This document shows, piece by piece, positions 1 through 8,939 of a DNA stretch of 64,000 nt. The notes under the pieces were generated by a model. That model did not search any database. It had not been told where the DNA came from and saw nothing but the letters and a program-made list of their open reading frames with translations. The stretch covers positions 351 through 64,350 of the forward strand of contig NZ_JAEULO010000043.1 of assembly GCF_016793705.1 (NCBI RefSeq). The letters run 5' to 3'. This DNA comes from Tabrizicola sp. GTDB taxonomy: Bacteria > Pseudomonadota > Alphaproteobacteria > Rhodobacterales > Rhodobacteraceae. A program made the position numbers and the translations under genes. Positions within the stretch are counted from its first letter, which is position 1, and each line of letters starts with the position of its first letter.

Positions 1-1488
1 AGCTTCGGCATCGTCCAGGCCACCCTCGACGCCAGCGCACAGATGCTGGCCGACTTCCCGCAAACTTCCCACATCCTCCTTGCCTCCGGCTCCTGCCTGC
101 CGATCCGGCCCGTCCGCGCGCTACAGGCCCACCTCGCCCAGCACCCCGACACCGACTTCATCGAAAGCGTTACCACGGCGGACGTCGGCTGGACCGTCGG
201 CGGCCTCAACGAAGAGCGCTTTACCCTCCGCTTCCCCTTCTCCTGGAAACGCCAGCGCAGGCTCTTCGACGGCTACGTCACCCTGCAACGCACGCTGCGC
301 TTCCGCCGCCGTATCCCGCAGGGCCTCGTCCCGCATCTCGGCAGCCAATGGTGGTGCCTGACCCGCCCCACCCTGCAAGCCATCCTGAACCACCCTGACC
401 GCCCCGCGCTGGACCGCTACTTCCGCCGTGTCTGGATTCCCGACGAAAGCTACTTCCAAAGCCTCGTCCGCCAGGTTTCCACCCGGATCGAAAGCCGCTC
501 GCTCACGCTCTCCAAATTCGACTACCAGGGCCGCCCCTACACCTTCTACGACGACCACCTGCACCTTCTGCGCCAGACCGACGCCTTCCTCGCCCGCAAG
601 ATCTGGCCCCAGGCCGACCTCCTCTACCGCACCTTCCTGACGCCCGACGGCGACCGGACGCTGGAGCCCAACCCCGGCAAGATCAACCGCCTCTTCGCCA
701 AGGCGGTCGAGCGCCGCGTCAAGGGCCGCCCCGGCCTTTACATGCAAAGCCGTTTCCCGATCCGCGCCCGCGGCGGCACCCTTTCCGCCGCGCCCTACGG
801 CGTGTTCTCCGGCTTCGCCGAGCTGTTCCACGACTTCCAGCCCTGGCTTCAACGCGCGCTGGACGCCCGGGTCCACGGCCATCTCTTCGCCTTCGACCGC
901 GCCGAATTCGCCGGTGGCGAAAGCGTCTTCAAGGGTGGCCTCTCTGACAGCCCCACCTTGCGCGACTACAACCCGAAAAGCTTCCTGACCAACCTGATCT
1001 GGAACACAAGGGGCGAGACCCAGTGCTTCCAGTTCGGCCCCGCCGACGAACAGGCCATCGCCCCCTTCCTCGCCTCCGACCCCAACGCCACGATCTTCGC
1101 CGTCACCGGAGCCTTCGCCGTACCGCTCTGGCTATCGGGGCGCAGCGCCGCCGAGGTCCGCCCGGAAGCCGCGCGCTTGCAGAAGGTGGAATCCGACTTC
1201 CTGCACGAATTGAACGGGCCGGAAACCAAAGCCAATGTCCGCATCTGGTCGCTGGCCGATTTCATCGAGAACCCCGCCGAGCCGCTGGAGCAACTGGTCG
1301 ACCTTCTGAACCCCCGCGCCGCGCATCGCGTGACCGACCTGCCGCAGCTGATCCCGCTCACCGGCTTCGGCAGCTTCCTGCAAGACCTGCGCAATCAGGG
1401 GATGGCCCCGGTCCTGATGGGCGATTTCCCTTCGGACGCCGAGCTTGCCCGGCCCGACCAGCCCTTCCGCCCCCGGATCGTCCGGTAA
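1..1488 (+). CDS. Core-2/I-branching-type (GT14-like) glycosyltransferase, 5'-truncated by the window edge
   Basis: Frame is open from base 1 (SFGIVQATLDASAQML). Motifs GSQWWCLT and WIPDESYFQSL are typical of the branching-enzyme family. Confidence 0.7.
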   Translation, partial: SFGIVQATLDASAQMLADFPQTSHILLASGSCLPIRPVRALQAHLAQHPDTDFIESVTTADVGWTVGGLNEERFTLRFPFSWKRQRRLFDGYVTLQRTLRFRRRIPQGLVPHLGSQWWCLTRPTLQAILNHPDRPALDRYFRRVWIPDESYFQSLVRQVSTRIESRSLTLSKFDYQGRPYTFYDDHLHLLRQTDAFLARKIWPQADLLYRTFLTPDGDRTLEPNPGKINRLFAKAVERRVKGRPGLYMQSRFPIRARGGTLSAAPYGVFSGFAELFHDFQPWLQRALDARVHGHLFAFDRAEFAGGESVFKGGLSDSPTLRDYNPKSFLTNLIWNTRGETQCFQFGPADEQAIAPFLASDPNATIFAVTGAFAVPLWLSGRSAAEVRPEAARLQKVESDFLHELNGPETKANVRIWSLADFIENPAEPLEQLVDLLNPRAAHRVTDLPQLIPLTGFGSFLQDLRNQGMAPVLMGDFPSDAELARPDQPFRPRIVR

Positions 1489-2876
1489 TGCCGCGCTTCC
1501 ACTCCTTCGTCGTCTTCGCCGAGATGCGCACCGGGTCGAACCTCCTGGAGGCGAACCTCAACGCCCTGCCCGGCGTCACCAGCCACGGCGAGGTCTTCAA
1601 CCGCTACATCCTCGGCAAGAAAGACCGGACCGAGCTTTTCGGCATCACGATCGAGGATCGCGACCGCGACCCGCGCCCGCTGCTGCGCAAGTTGCGCGAG
1701 GAGACCGAGGGACTGCCCGGTTTCCGCTTCTTCCACGACCACGATCTGCGCATCCTCGATGATGTGCTGCCCGATCCGGGTTGCGCCAAGATCATCCTGA
1801 CCCGCAACCCCTTGGAAAGCTACGTCAGCTGGAAGATCGCCCAGGCGACCGACCAGTGGAAACTGACCAATGCCCGGCGGCTGAAAACCGCGAAGGTCCG
1901 CTTCGACGTGGCGGAATTCCTGCAACATCTGCAAGACATCCAGGCCTTCCAGCTTCTCCTGCTGCACAGCTTGCAGACCACCGGACAGACCGCTTTCTAT
2001 CTCGACTACGAAGACTTGGGCTCGGTCGAGGTGCTGAACGGCCTCGCCGCCTTCCTGGGGGTGGAGGGTCGGCTGAGGGCGCTGGACGATACTCTGAAGA
2101 AGCAGAACCCCGGCCCGCTGGAGGACAAGCTGGAAAACCCCGAGGCTTTGGCGGAAGCCCTCGCTGCGGTGGACGTGTTCAACCTCGGCCGCACCCCCAG
2201 CTTCGAGCCCCGCCGCGCTGCCGGGGTGCCGACCGCTCTCGCCTCCGACGCGGGCCTTCTCTTCTTCCCCATCCGCTCCGGCCCCGAAGCCACGATCCGC
2301 GAATGGTTCGCGTCTCTGGGCCCCGTGACCGACGGCTTCGAGCAGAAGTCGCTCCGCCAGTGGAAGCGCAAGCATCCCGGCCACCGCAGCTTCACCGTGC
2401 TGCGCCACCCGCTCCTGCGCGCCCATGCCGCCTTCCGGCAAAAGATCGTTCAGGGCGAAGCGCAGGATTTGCGGCGCATCCTGATCAACGGCTTCCTCGC
2501 CGAACTGCAGCCCCCCGGCGAGCCCTTCGCCAGCGTCGAGGCCGAACGCGCTGCCTTCCTGATCTTCCTGAACTATTGTCGCCTTGCAACCGGCGGGCAG
2601 ACCGGCGCGCGCGTCGATCCCGGCCTCGCCAGCCAGACCGCCCTGGTGCAGGGCTTCGCCAGCTTCCAGCCGCTCGACCACCTGTTGCGGGAAGATCGCC
2701 TTGCCGAAGGCCTCGCCGCCCTCGCCGCCGAGGTGGGCGCCCCACCCGCCGCGATCACGCCCGACCCCGCCGAAGCCGCGCTCCTGTCGATCTGGGACGA
2801 AACCCTGGAAGCCGCCGCCTCCGAGGCCTACCAGCGCGACTACATGGGCTTTGGCTTCACCCGCTGGCGCAAGTAA
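1488..2876 (+). CDS. Sulfotransferase (NodH/Stf0-like N-domain plus a second sulfotransferase-like C-domain)
   Basis: ATG overlaps the upstream TAA. N-terminal PAPS-loop-like MRTGSNLL and LTRNPLESYVSW; C-terminal FTVLRHPLLR motif. Confidence 0.7.
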   Translation: MPRFHSFVVFAEMRTGSNLLEANLNALPGVTSHGEVFNRYILGKKDRTELFGITIEDRDRDPRPLLRKLREETEGLPGFRFFHDHDLRILDDVLPDPGCAKIILTRNPLESYVSWKIAQATDQWKLTNARRLKTAKVRFDVAEFLQHLQDIQAFQLLLLHSLQTTGQTAFYLDYEDLGSVEVLNGLAAFLGVEGRLRALDDTLKKQNPGPLEDKLENPEALAEALAAVDVFNLGRTPSFEPRRAAGVPTALASDAGLLFFPIRSGPEATIREWFASLGPVTDGFEQKSLRQWKRKHPGHRSFTVLRHPLLRAHAAFRQKIVQGEAQDLRRILINGFLAELQPPGEPFASVEAERAAFLIFLNYCRLATGGQTGARVDPGLASQTALVQGFASFQPLDHLLREDRLAEGLAALAAEVGAPPAAITPDPAEAALLSIWDETLEAAASEAYQRDYMGFGFTRWRK

Positions 2877-2960
2877 CCGCTCCTGCGCCGCGCCTTCGGC
2901 TTCTCGTCGCAGCGCAGCGAGGCGCGACGAAGTCGACGACGAGCGGTCGTCGGGAGTGGG

Positions 2961-3032
2961 TTAAGAAATCCCTAACGCCCGCGACCAACGCATTGATTCA
3001 GTTGAAGGATCAGAGATTGTCCACCGTGGACA
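2961..3032. repeat. Intergenic repeat copy A (IHF-consensus site plus TGTCCAC-N-GTGGACA palindrome)
   Basis: IHF-like AATCAATGCGTTG on the minus strand at 2986-2998; palindrome at 3018-3032; collinear with 32666-32737. Confidence 0.75.
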
Positions 3033-3035
3033 GGA

Positions 3036-3500
3036 TCACGCCGCCTGCGGCGCCCTTGCCTCGGTCAGGATCGCATACAGCTTCGCCGGGTCCGAATTCG
3101 CCCGCAGCTTGGCGACCACCGCCGCGTCCCGCATCGTCCGGCTGACCAGCGCCAGCGCCTTCAGGTGATCCACCCCGGAATCCTTCGGCGCGAACAGCCC
3201 GAAGACCAGATCCACCGGCTGCCGGTCGACGCTGTCATAGTCCAGGGGTTTCTCCAGCCGCAGGAAGACCCCGATGATCCCCTTCAGGTCCTCCAGCCGG
3301 GCATGGGGCAAAGCGATGCCATGCCCCACGCCGGTCGGCCCCAGCGACTCGCGCTCCTGCAGCCCGTCGATCGCCGCCGCTCCGCTCAGGCCATAGGCCT
3401 GCGCCGCGATCTCGCCCAGCTCCTGGAACAGCCGCTTCTTCGAGGTGAATTGCCCGACAACCCGAACGGCCCCCGGGGTAAGTAGCTTCGATAGTTCCAT
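3036..3500 (-). CDS. ptsN: PTS EIIA(Ntr)
   Basis: RESLGPTGVGHGIALPHAR phosphorylation motif; follows hpf. Confidence 0.95.
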   Translation of the reverse strand: MELSKLLTPGAVRVVGQFTSKKRLFQELGEIAAQAYGLSGAAAIDGLQERESLGPTGVGHGIALPHARLEDLKGIIGVFLRLEKPLDYDSVDRQPVDLVFGLFAPKDSGVDHLKALALVSRTMRDAAVVAKLRANSDPAKLYAILTEARAPQAA

Positions 3501-3531
3501 GGGTCGGCGATGATCCTGCGTCGGGGACGCT

Positions 3532-4107
3532 CTACTTGCTGTTGCGAGGGTCGATCCAGCCGATGTTCCCGTCTTCCCGACGATACACGACGTTCACGCC
3601 CCCATGTCCTTCGTTCCGGAACACCAGCATCTTCTGCCCTGCCAATTCCATCTGCATCACGGCCTCGCCGACGGTGATCGAAGGAATCTTCGTCTCCATC
3701 TCGGCGATGACCACGGGCTGCAGGCTGTCGGGCTCAGCTTCGTCGGCATCCTCGGTTGCGGCGAGGATATACGAGGACGCCCCGCCGAATTCAACAGGGC
3801 CCGAGCGGTTCGAGTGGTGGTTGCGGATCCGCCGCTTGTAACGGCGCAGCTGCTTGTCCATCTTCTCGCGGCAGGATTCGAAGGCCGCATAGATTTCCGC
3901 CGCGTGCCCCTTGGCCTGCGCGGTCAACCCGGTGGACAGGTGGATCACCGTCTCGCAGACGAACTCATGCGCGGACCGCGAGAAAACCACGACACATTCG
4001 GTCGGGCGCTGGGCGTATTTCTCCACCACCTCGCCCAGTTCCGCCTTCACATGGGTCTGAAGAGCCTCACCAACGTCGATCTGTTTTCCACTGATCTGGT
4101 AGCGCAT
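3532..4107 (-). CDS. hpf: Ribosome hibernation factor (long HPF/RaiA)
   Basis: MRYQISGKQIDVGEAL start with AAAAGGAG RBS; C-terminal S30AE-like domain (NVVYRREDGNIGWIDP). Confidence 0.93.
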   Translation of the reverse strand: MRYQISGKQIDVGEALQTHVKAELGEVVEKYAQRPTECVVVFSRSAHEFVCETVIHLSTGLTAQAKGHAAEIYAAFESCREKMDKQLRRYKRRIRNHHSNRSGPVEFGGASSYILAATEDADEAEPDSLQPVVIAEMETKIPSITVGEAVMQMELAGQKMLVFRNEGHGGVNVVYRREDGNIGWIDPRNSK

Positions 4108-4323
4108 GATCTCTCCTTTTCGCATGCTTCCGGTTGGGCCACGGCGCTCGGCCCGTGCGGTCCGGTTCTTCTGGGTAGAGGCGGAAAGAACGTTGCGTCA
4201 CGCCGCACCTGCCGGTTGGAGTCACCGCGAAAATCGGGGTCGGGACATGGGCATCAAACGCACTCATTGAGGGTATTTGGCGACGAAGCCCCCCCGCTTG
4301 TCAACCGAATCGATGGCCCCGGT

Positions 4324-5082
4324 TCAGACGATGCGGAAGTTCTCGCCGAGATAGACCCGGCGCACGTTCTCGTCGCGGACGACCTCTTCCGTGGTGCCCG
4401 ACATCAGCACCTTGCCGTCGTGCAGGATATAGGCGCGGTCGACGATCTCCAGCGTCTCGCGGACGTTGTGGTCGGTGATCAGCACCCCGATTCCGCGAAC
4501 CTTCAGATCATGGACCAGATGGCGGATTTCCCCCACCGCGATCGGGTCGACCCCCGCGAAGGGCTCGTCTAGCAGCAGGTATTTCGGGTCCGCCGCCAGG
4601 CAGCGCGCGATCTCCACCCGCCGCCGTTCGCCCCCCGACAGGGCCAGCGCGGGGGTGTGCCGCAGATGGGTGATCGAGAACTCGGACAGCAGCTCCTCCA
4701 GCCGCTCGCGCCGCTTGTGCCGGTCGGGCTGCACGATCTCCAGCACCGCGAGGATGTTGTCCTCGGCCGACAGGCCCCGGAAGATCGACACTTCCTGCGG
4801 CAGGTAGCCGATCCCCAGACGGGCCCGGCGATACATCGGCAGGGCGGTCACGTCCTTGCCGTCGATCAGCACCTGCCCGCCTTCCGGCATCACCAGCCCG
4901 GCGATGGAGTAGAAGCAGGTCGTCTTGCCCGACCCGTTCGGTCCCAGAAGCGCCACCACCTCGCCCCGGCGCAGGTCCATGCTGACATCGCGGATCACCG
5001 GGCGCTTGTTGTAGCTTTTCCGCAAGCTGCGGATCTGCAGCCCGGCCTCGCCCGCCGTCACCTTCAGTTCTGGCGGGGCCAT
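4324..5082 (-). CDS. lptB: LPS export ABC ATPase
   Basis: GPNGSGKTT Walker A, LSGGERRRVEIAR, LLDEPFAGVDP. Confidence 0.96.
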   Translation of the reverse strand: MAPPELKVTAGEAGLQIRSLRKSYNKRPVIRDVSMDLRRGEVVALLGPNGSGKTTCFYSIAGLVMPEGGQVLIDGKDVTALPMYRRARLGIGYLPQEVSIFRGLSAEDNILAVLEIVQPDRHKRRERLEELLSEFSITHLRHTPALALSGGERRRVEIARCLAADPKYLLLDEPFAGVDPIAVGEIRHLVHDLKVRGIGVLITDHNVRETLEIVDRAYILHDGKVLMSGTTEEVVRDENVRRVYLGENFRIV

Positions 5083-5567
5083 CAGTTGCCCCCCGGCACG
5101 AAGGTCGTCGTCACCCGGCCTTCCATCACGCCAGTCCCGTCCTTGAGGTTGATGGTCAGCTTCTGCCCGGCCATCGCCGAGGGCCCCTGCGTCAGTAGCA
5201 CATCGCCCGACAGCACGATCACGCCGGAGTCGATGGTGTAGAGCGCTTCCCGCGCCTCGGCGGCATCGCCCAGGTTCGTGACCACCACCCCGCCCGAGGC
5301 CACCAGCTCCTGAATGTTCTTCTGGTCCGGGCCGTAGCTGACCTTCACCTCGCCCGCCGCCAGCTTCATTTCGCCCTGCGTCACCACCACATTGCCGCTG
5401 AACACCGCCGAGCCATCGGCGTTGTTCACCGCCAGCTGGTCGGCCTGCACCTGCACCGGAAGCGAGGTGTCCTGGTTCAGGTCTCCAAAGGCGATCTTCT
5501 GCTGCGCCTCGGCGCTCGCCGCCGCCAGCGCCAGGGTCAGGACCAGAAAACCAAGCCGAAATGCCAT
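5082..5567 (-). CDS. lptA: LPS transport periplasmic protein (OstA-like)
   Basis: Signal peptide, beta-jellyroll motifs FSGNVVVTQG and LSGDVLLTQG; sits between lptC and lptB. Start re-assigned to 5567. Confidence 0.88.
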   Translation of the reverse strand: MAFRLGFLVLTLALAAASAEAQQKIAFGDLNQDTSLPVQVQADQLAVNNADGSAVFSGNVVVTQGEMKLAAGEVKVSYGPDQKNIQELVASGGVVVTNLGDAAEAREALYTIDSGVIVLSGDVLLTQGPSAMAGQKLTINLKDGTGVMEGRVTTTFVPGGN

Positions 5568-5589
5568 GCCTCGAACCTCTGCCGTCGTC

Positions 5590-6198
5590 TCAGCCGCCGG
5601 GCTGGTATACCAGCCGGACGCCGCCCTTGAAAACCAGAACATAGGCGCCGGGGGTCCGGTTGTCCTGACTTAGCACCATGCCATCGGCGCGGATCTCCCC
5701 CGCCGGGCCCGTCGCCACCACCGGAGCACGGCTTTCCAGCCCCGTCCGGTCCAGCTTCGCCGCCACTTCCGCCGTCTCCAGCCGATAGCCGGTGGCCGTG
5801 CTCAGCATCACGCCGCCGGACAGGATCACCTGCCGCGCGGCATCGTCCATCGTCGCGGTCGCCGCAAGAAGTTCCGTGCGACCGCCGTCCGGGGTGGCAA
5901 GCTCCAGCCGAAGCCCCTCAGCCGTGGCTGGGCTGCCCTCCGCCTCGGGCCGCGCCTCGGCCGCCGAAAGCGTCAGCGCGGCGCCGTCCTCGGTCGTCCC
6001 GGCATAGTTGGGTGCGGTCATCCGGGGTTCGCGCGCCAGATCCTCGACATCGACCTCGGCATAGGGCAGCGCGGCCTCGGGGTCGATCCGGCGCGCGACC
6101 AGGAACAACGTCGACAGGATCGCCAGCGCGGTCAGCGGCAGTGCCACCTTCAGCCAGCCCACCAGCCGCGTATGCCGGTCGACCCGTGCCATGGTCAC
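5590..6198 (-). CDS. lptC: LPS export periplasmic protein LptC
   Basis: Single N-terminal TM (WLKVALPLTALAILSTLF); kdsD-lptC-lptA-lptB synteny. Confidence 0.85.
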   Translation of the reverse strand: MTMARVDRHTRLVGWLKVALPLTALAILSTLFLVARRIDPEAALPYAEVDVEDLAREPRMTAPNYAGTTEDGAALTLSAAEARPEAEGSPATAEGLRLELATPDGGRTELLAATATMDDAARQVILSGGVMLSTATGYRLETAEVAAKLDRTGLESRAPVVATGPAGEIRADGMVLSQDNRTPGAYVLVFKGGVRLVYQPGG

Positions 6199-7157
6199 AC
6201 CACGCCCGCGCGCAGGCAGTCATGCACATGCAGGATGCCGATGGCCCTGCGGCTGTCCGGCGCGGTGACCAGGAGGCAGGTGATCTTGCGGTCGTTCATC
6301 AGGGCCAGCGCCTCGCCCGCCAGCGCCTCGGGGCCGATGGTGCGCGGGTTGGGAGTCATCACCTCGCCCGCCCGGTGCAGCATCAGGCCCTCCAGATGCC
6401 GCCGCAGGTCGCCGTCGGTGATGATCCCGGCCAGGTCGCCCTTGGCATCCGTCACCCCCACGACGCCGAAACCGCGCCGGGTGATCTCCAGCAGGGTCTC
6501 GCCCATCGGCAGCGTGTCGGCCACCAGCGGCGGGTCGTCATGCATCAGATCGGCCACCTTCAGAAGCCGCGCCCCTAGCTTGCCGCCGGGGTGGAACATG
6601 CGGAAATGTTCCGGCGTGAAGGCGCGATGTTCCATCAGAGCGATGGCCAGCGCATCGCCCAAGGCCAGCGTCATCGTGGTGGAGGTGGTGGGCACGATCC
6701 CGGTTTCGCAGGCCTCCGGCACCTGCGGCAGCAGGATACCCACCGTCGCCTGCCGCATCAGGGTGGAGCCCTCGCGACTGGCCACCCCGATCAGTGGAAT
6801 GCCGAAGCGCTTGGCATGGGCAAGGATATCGGCCAGTTCGGGCGTCTCGCCCGAGTTCGACAGCACGATCAGCACGTCGCCTTCGGCCACCATGCCAAGG
6901 TCGCCGTGGCTCGCCTCCGCCGGGTGGACGAAATGCGCGGGCGTTCCCGTGCTGGCGAAGGTGGCGGCGATCTTGCGGGCGATATGGCCAGACTTTCCCA
7001 TGCCCGAGACGATGACCCGCCCCTTCGCCGCCATCAGCAGGGTGACGGCCTTGGCGAAGCTGTCGTCCAGCCCCTCGGCCAGCGTGGCAAGCGCCCCCGC
7101 CTCGCGGCGGATCACCCTTTGCCCGGTGGCGAGGAGGTCAGTGGAGGAAGATGTCAT
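6195..7157 (-). CDS. kdsD: Arabinose-5-phosphate isomerase (KpsF/GutQ, SIS plus CBS domains)
   Basis: GMGKSGHIARK, HPAEASHGDLG, HPGGKLG; C-terminal CBS pair. Confidence 0.93.
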   Translation of the reverse strand: MTSSSTDLLATGQRVIRREAGALATLAEGLDDSFAKAVTLLMAAKGRVIVSGMGKSGHIARKIAATFASTGTPAHFVHPAEASHGDLGMVAEGDVLIVLSNSGETPELADILAHAKRFGIPLIGVASREGSTLMRQATVGILLPQVPEACETGIVPTTSTTMTLALGDALAIALMEHRAFTPEHFRMFHPGGKLGARLLKVADLMHDDPPLVADTLPMGETLLEITRRGFGVVGVTDAKGDLAGIITDGDLRRHLEGLMLHRAGEVMTPNPRTIGPEALAGEALALMNDRKITCLLVTAPDSRRAIGILHVHDCLRAGVV

Positions 7158-7752
7158 TGGCGTCTTCCCAGCCCAGAAGGTCCAGCTCGGCCCGGGTCGG
7201 CAGGAAGGCGAACAGGCGCTCGGCCAGCTCCATCCGGTCCTCGCGGATCAGCCGTGCCTCCAGTTCGGCCTTGAGCGCGTGCAGGTAAAGCACATCTGAC
7301 GCGGCATAGTCCCTCTGCGCCTCGGTCAGGGTTTCGGCACCCCAGTCGCTTGTCTGCTGCTGTTTCGAGACATCGACGCCGACCAGATCGGCCAGCAGAT
7401 ATTTCAGCCCGTGCCGGTCGGTGAAGGTGCGGATCAGCTTTGAGGCGATCTTGGTGCACCAGACCGGGGCGGTGGTGACGCCGAAGGCCTTCTTCATTAC
7501 CGCGATGTCGAAGCGGCCATAGTGAAAAAGCTTCAGCGTGGCGGGGTCGGCCAGCAGCCGTTCCAGGTTCGGCGCCCGGGTCTGGCCCTTGGCGATCTGC
7601 ACCAGATGCGCGTCGCCCGCGCCGTCCGACAGCTGCACCACGCAAAGTCGGTCGCGCCGGGGGTCAAGACCCATGGTCTCGGTGTCGATGGCGACGACGG
7701 GGCCAAGGGTCAGGCGGTCGGGAAGGTCGGATTGGTGCAGGTGGATGGCCAA
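7138..7752 (-). CDS. rnd: Ribonuclease D-family 3'-5' exonuclease
   Basis: DEDD motifs AIDTETMGL, FHYGRFD, YAASDV. Probable TTG start at 7752. Confidence 0.85.
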   Translation of the reverse strand: MAIHLHQSDLPDRLTLGPVVAIDTETMGLDPRRDRLCVVQLSDGAGDAHLVQIAKGQTRAPNLERLLADPATLKLFHYGRFDIAVMKKAFGVTTAPVWCTKIASKLIRTFTDRHGLKYLLADLVGVDVSKQQQTSDWGAETLTEAQRDYAASDVLYLHALKAELEARLIREDRMELAERLFAFLPTRAELDLLGWEDANDIFLH

Positions 7753-7939
7753 GGGAATGCTCTTTGCTGGATCAGCCCCCGGATTACGCCCGTGGCCCTG
7801 AAGGGTCAACCGCAGCGGCGGGTTGGAACATGGGGACTTTGCACCGCTTGCAATGCTTCGCGGCGCTGACGATTCTTTCCGGGGCCACCGCAGATCGACC
7901 GCCCGGTTCATGCCCGGAAACTCGCTAAAATCCGACAGG

Positions 7940-7954
7940 TTAAGGCGCCGTAAA
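7940..7954 (+). promoter_or_regulatory. CtrA-like box upstream of motB
   Basis: TTAA-GGCGCCG-TAAA, one mismatch to TTAA-N7-TTAA. Confidence 0.55.
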
Positions 7955-8003
7955 GCCTGCGTCTGCTATCACTTGTTCCGGGTAGAAGACTTGGGTGATG
8001 TGG

Positions 8004-8849
8004 ATGGCTGCGCAAGGCAATGCGGCGCCGGTCATCATCAAACGGAAGAAGGTTGTCGGTGGCGGGGGCCACCATGGCGGGGCCTGGAAAGTGGCCTACG
8101 CCGACTTCGTGACCGCCATGATGGCGTTCTTCCTGTTGATGTGGCTGTTGAACGCGACGACGGAAAAGCAACGCAAGGGAATATCGGACTATTTCAATCC
8201 GACGATCCCGGTGAACCGGATCTCGGGCGGCGGCGACGGCGCCTTCGGGGGCGACAGCGTCTTCGCCGAAGAGACGATGGCGCATGACGGTACCGGAGCG
8301 GTCGACCGCAAGACCGCCGCCAGCGCGACCGCCGCCAGTGGGGACGGTGCCGGCAAGGGGGCGGCGGGCGAGGGCAAGGCCATGTCCGAGCTGGAAGATG
8401 TCGAAAAGGCCCTGATGGCGCGGGGCGGCGAAAGCAACACGATGGAGCGGCTTCTGCGCCATGTCGTGACGCGGGTGACCGACGAAGGCCTGGTGATCGA
8501 GCTGTTCGATCTTCCCGATGCGCCCCTTTTCGTGGGGGAAACGGCCGAACCCTCGCCGGTGCTTCTGGCGCTGTCCGGCCTGCTGTCCGAGGTGCTGAAC
8601 CTCACCACGAACGAGATTGCGGTCGCGGGCCATCTGCGGGCGCTTCCGGTGACGCTGATCGACAACCCGGTCTGGGACCTGTCGGCGCTCAGGGCGCAGA
8701 CGGCGCGCGAGCAGTTGGAAGAGGCCGGGCTCGACCCCGCGCGGATGCAGCGGATCTCGGGCTATGCCGACCGGAAACCGGCGGTCTCGGACCCGGCGGC
8801 CGAGCGCAACAACCGGATCGAGGTGATCCTTCTGCGCCGGAACCGATAA
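8004..8849 (+). CDS. motB: Flagellar stator protein MotB
   Basis: HGGAWKVAYADFVTAMMAFF TM motif; OmpA-like C-terminus (RNNRIEVIL). Confidence 0.93.
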   Translation: MAAQGNAAPVIIKRKKVVGGGGHHGGAWKVAYADFVTAMMAFFLLMWLLNATTEKQRKGISDYFNPTIPVNRISGGGDGAFGGDSVFAEETMAHDGTGAVDRKTAASATAASGDGAGKGAAGEGKAMSELEDVEKALMARGGESNTMERLLRHVVTRVTDEGLVIELFDLPDAPLFVGETAEPSPVLLALSGLLSEVLNLTTNEIAVAGHLRALPVTLIDNPVWDLSALRAQTAREQLEEAGLDPARMQRISGYADRKPAVSDPAAERNNRIEVILLRRNR

Positions 8850-8867
8850 TGGGTCGAATTTTACCCG

Positions 8868-8882
8868 TTAGGCCGGTGTTAA
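8868..8882 (+). promoter_or_regulatory. CtrA-like box upstream of flgE
   Basis: TTAG-GCCGGTG-TTAA, one mismatch to TTAA-N7-TTAA. Confidence 0.55.
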
Positions 8883-8939
8883 GCGACGCGGATGCAGGGT
8901 CGGCGCTACAGGAGTCGAAGCTGCAGAAAGGCGCTTACC

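Noticed and set aside
7825-7850. GGAAC-N17-CTTG upstream of motB
   Set aside because: Weak -10, about 150 bp from the start codon and outside the stress island; probably chance.
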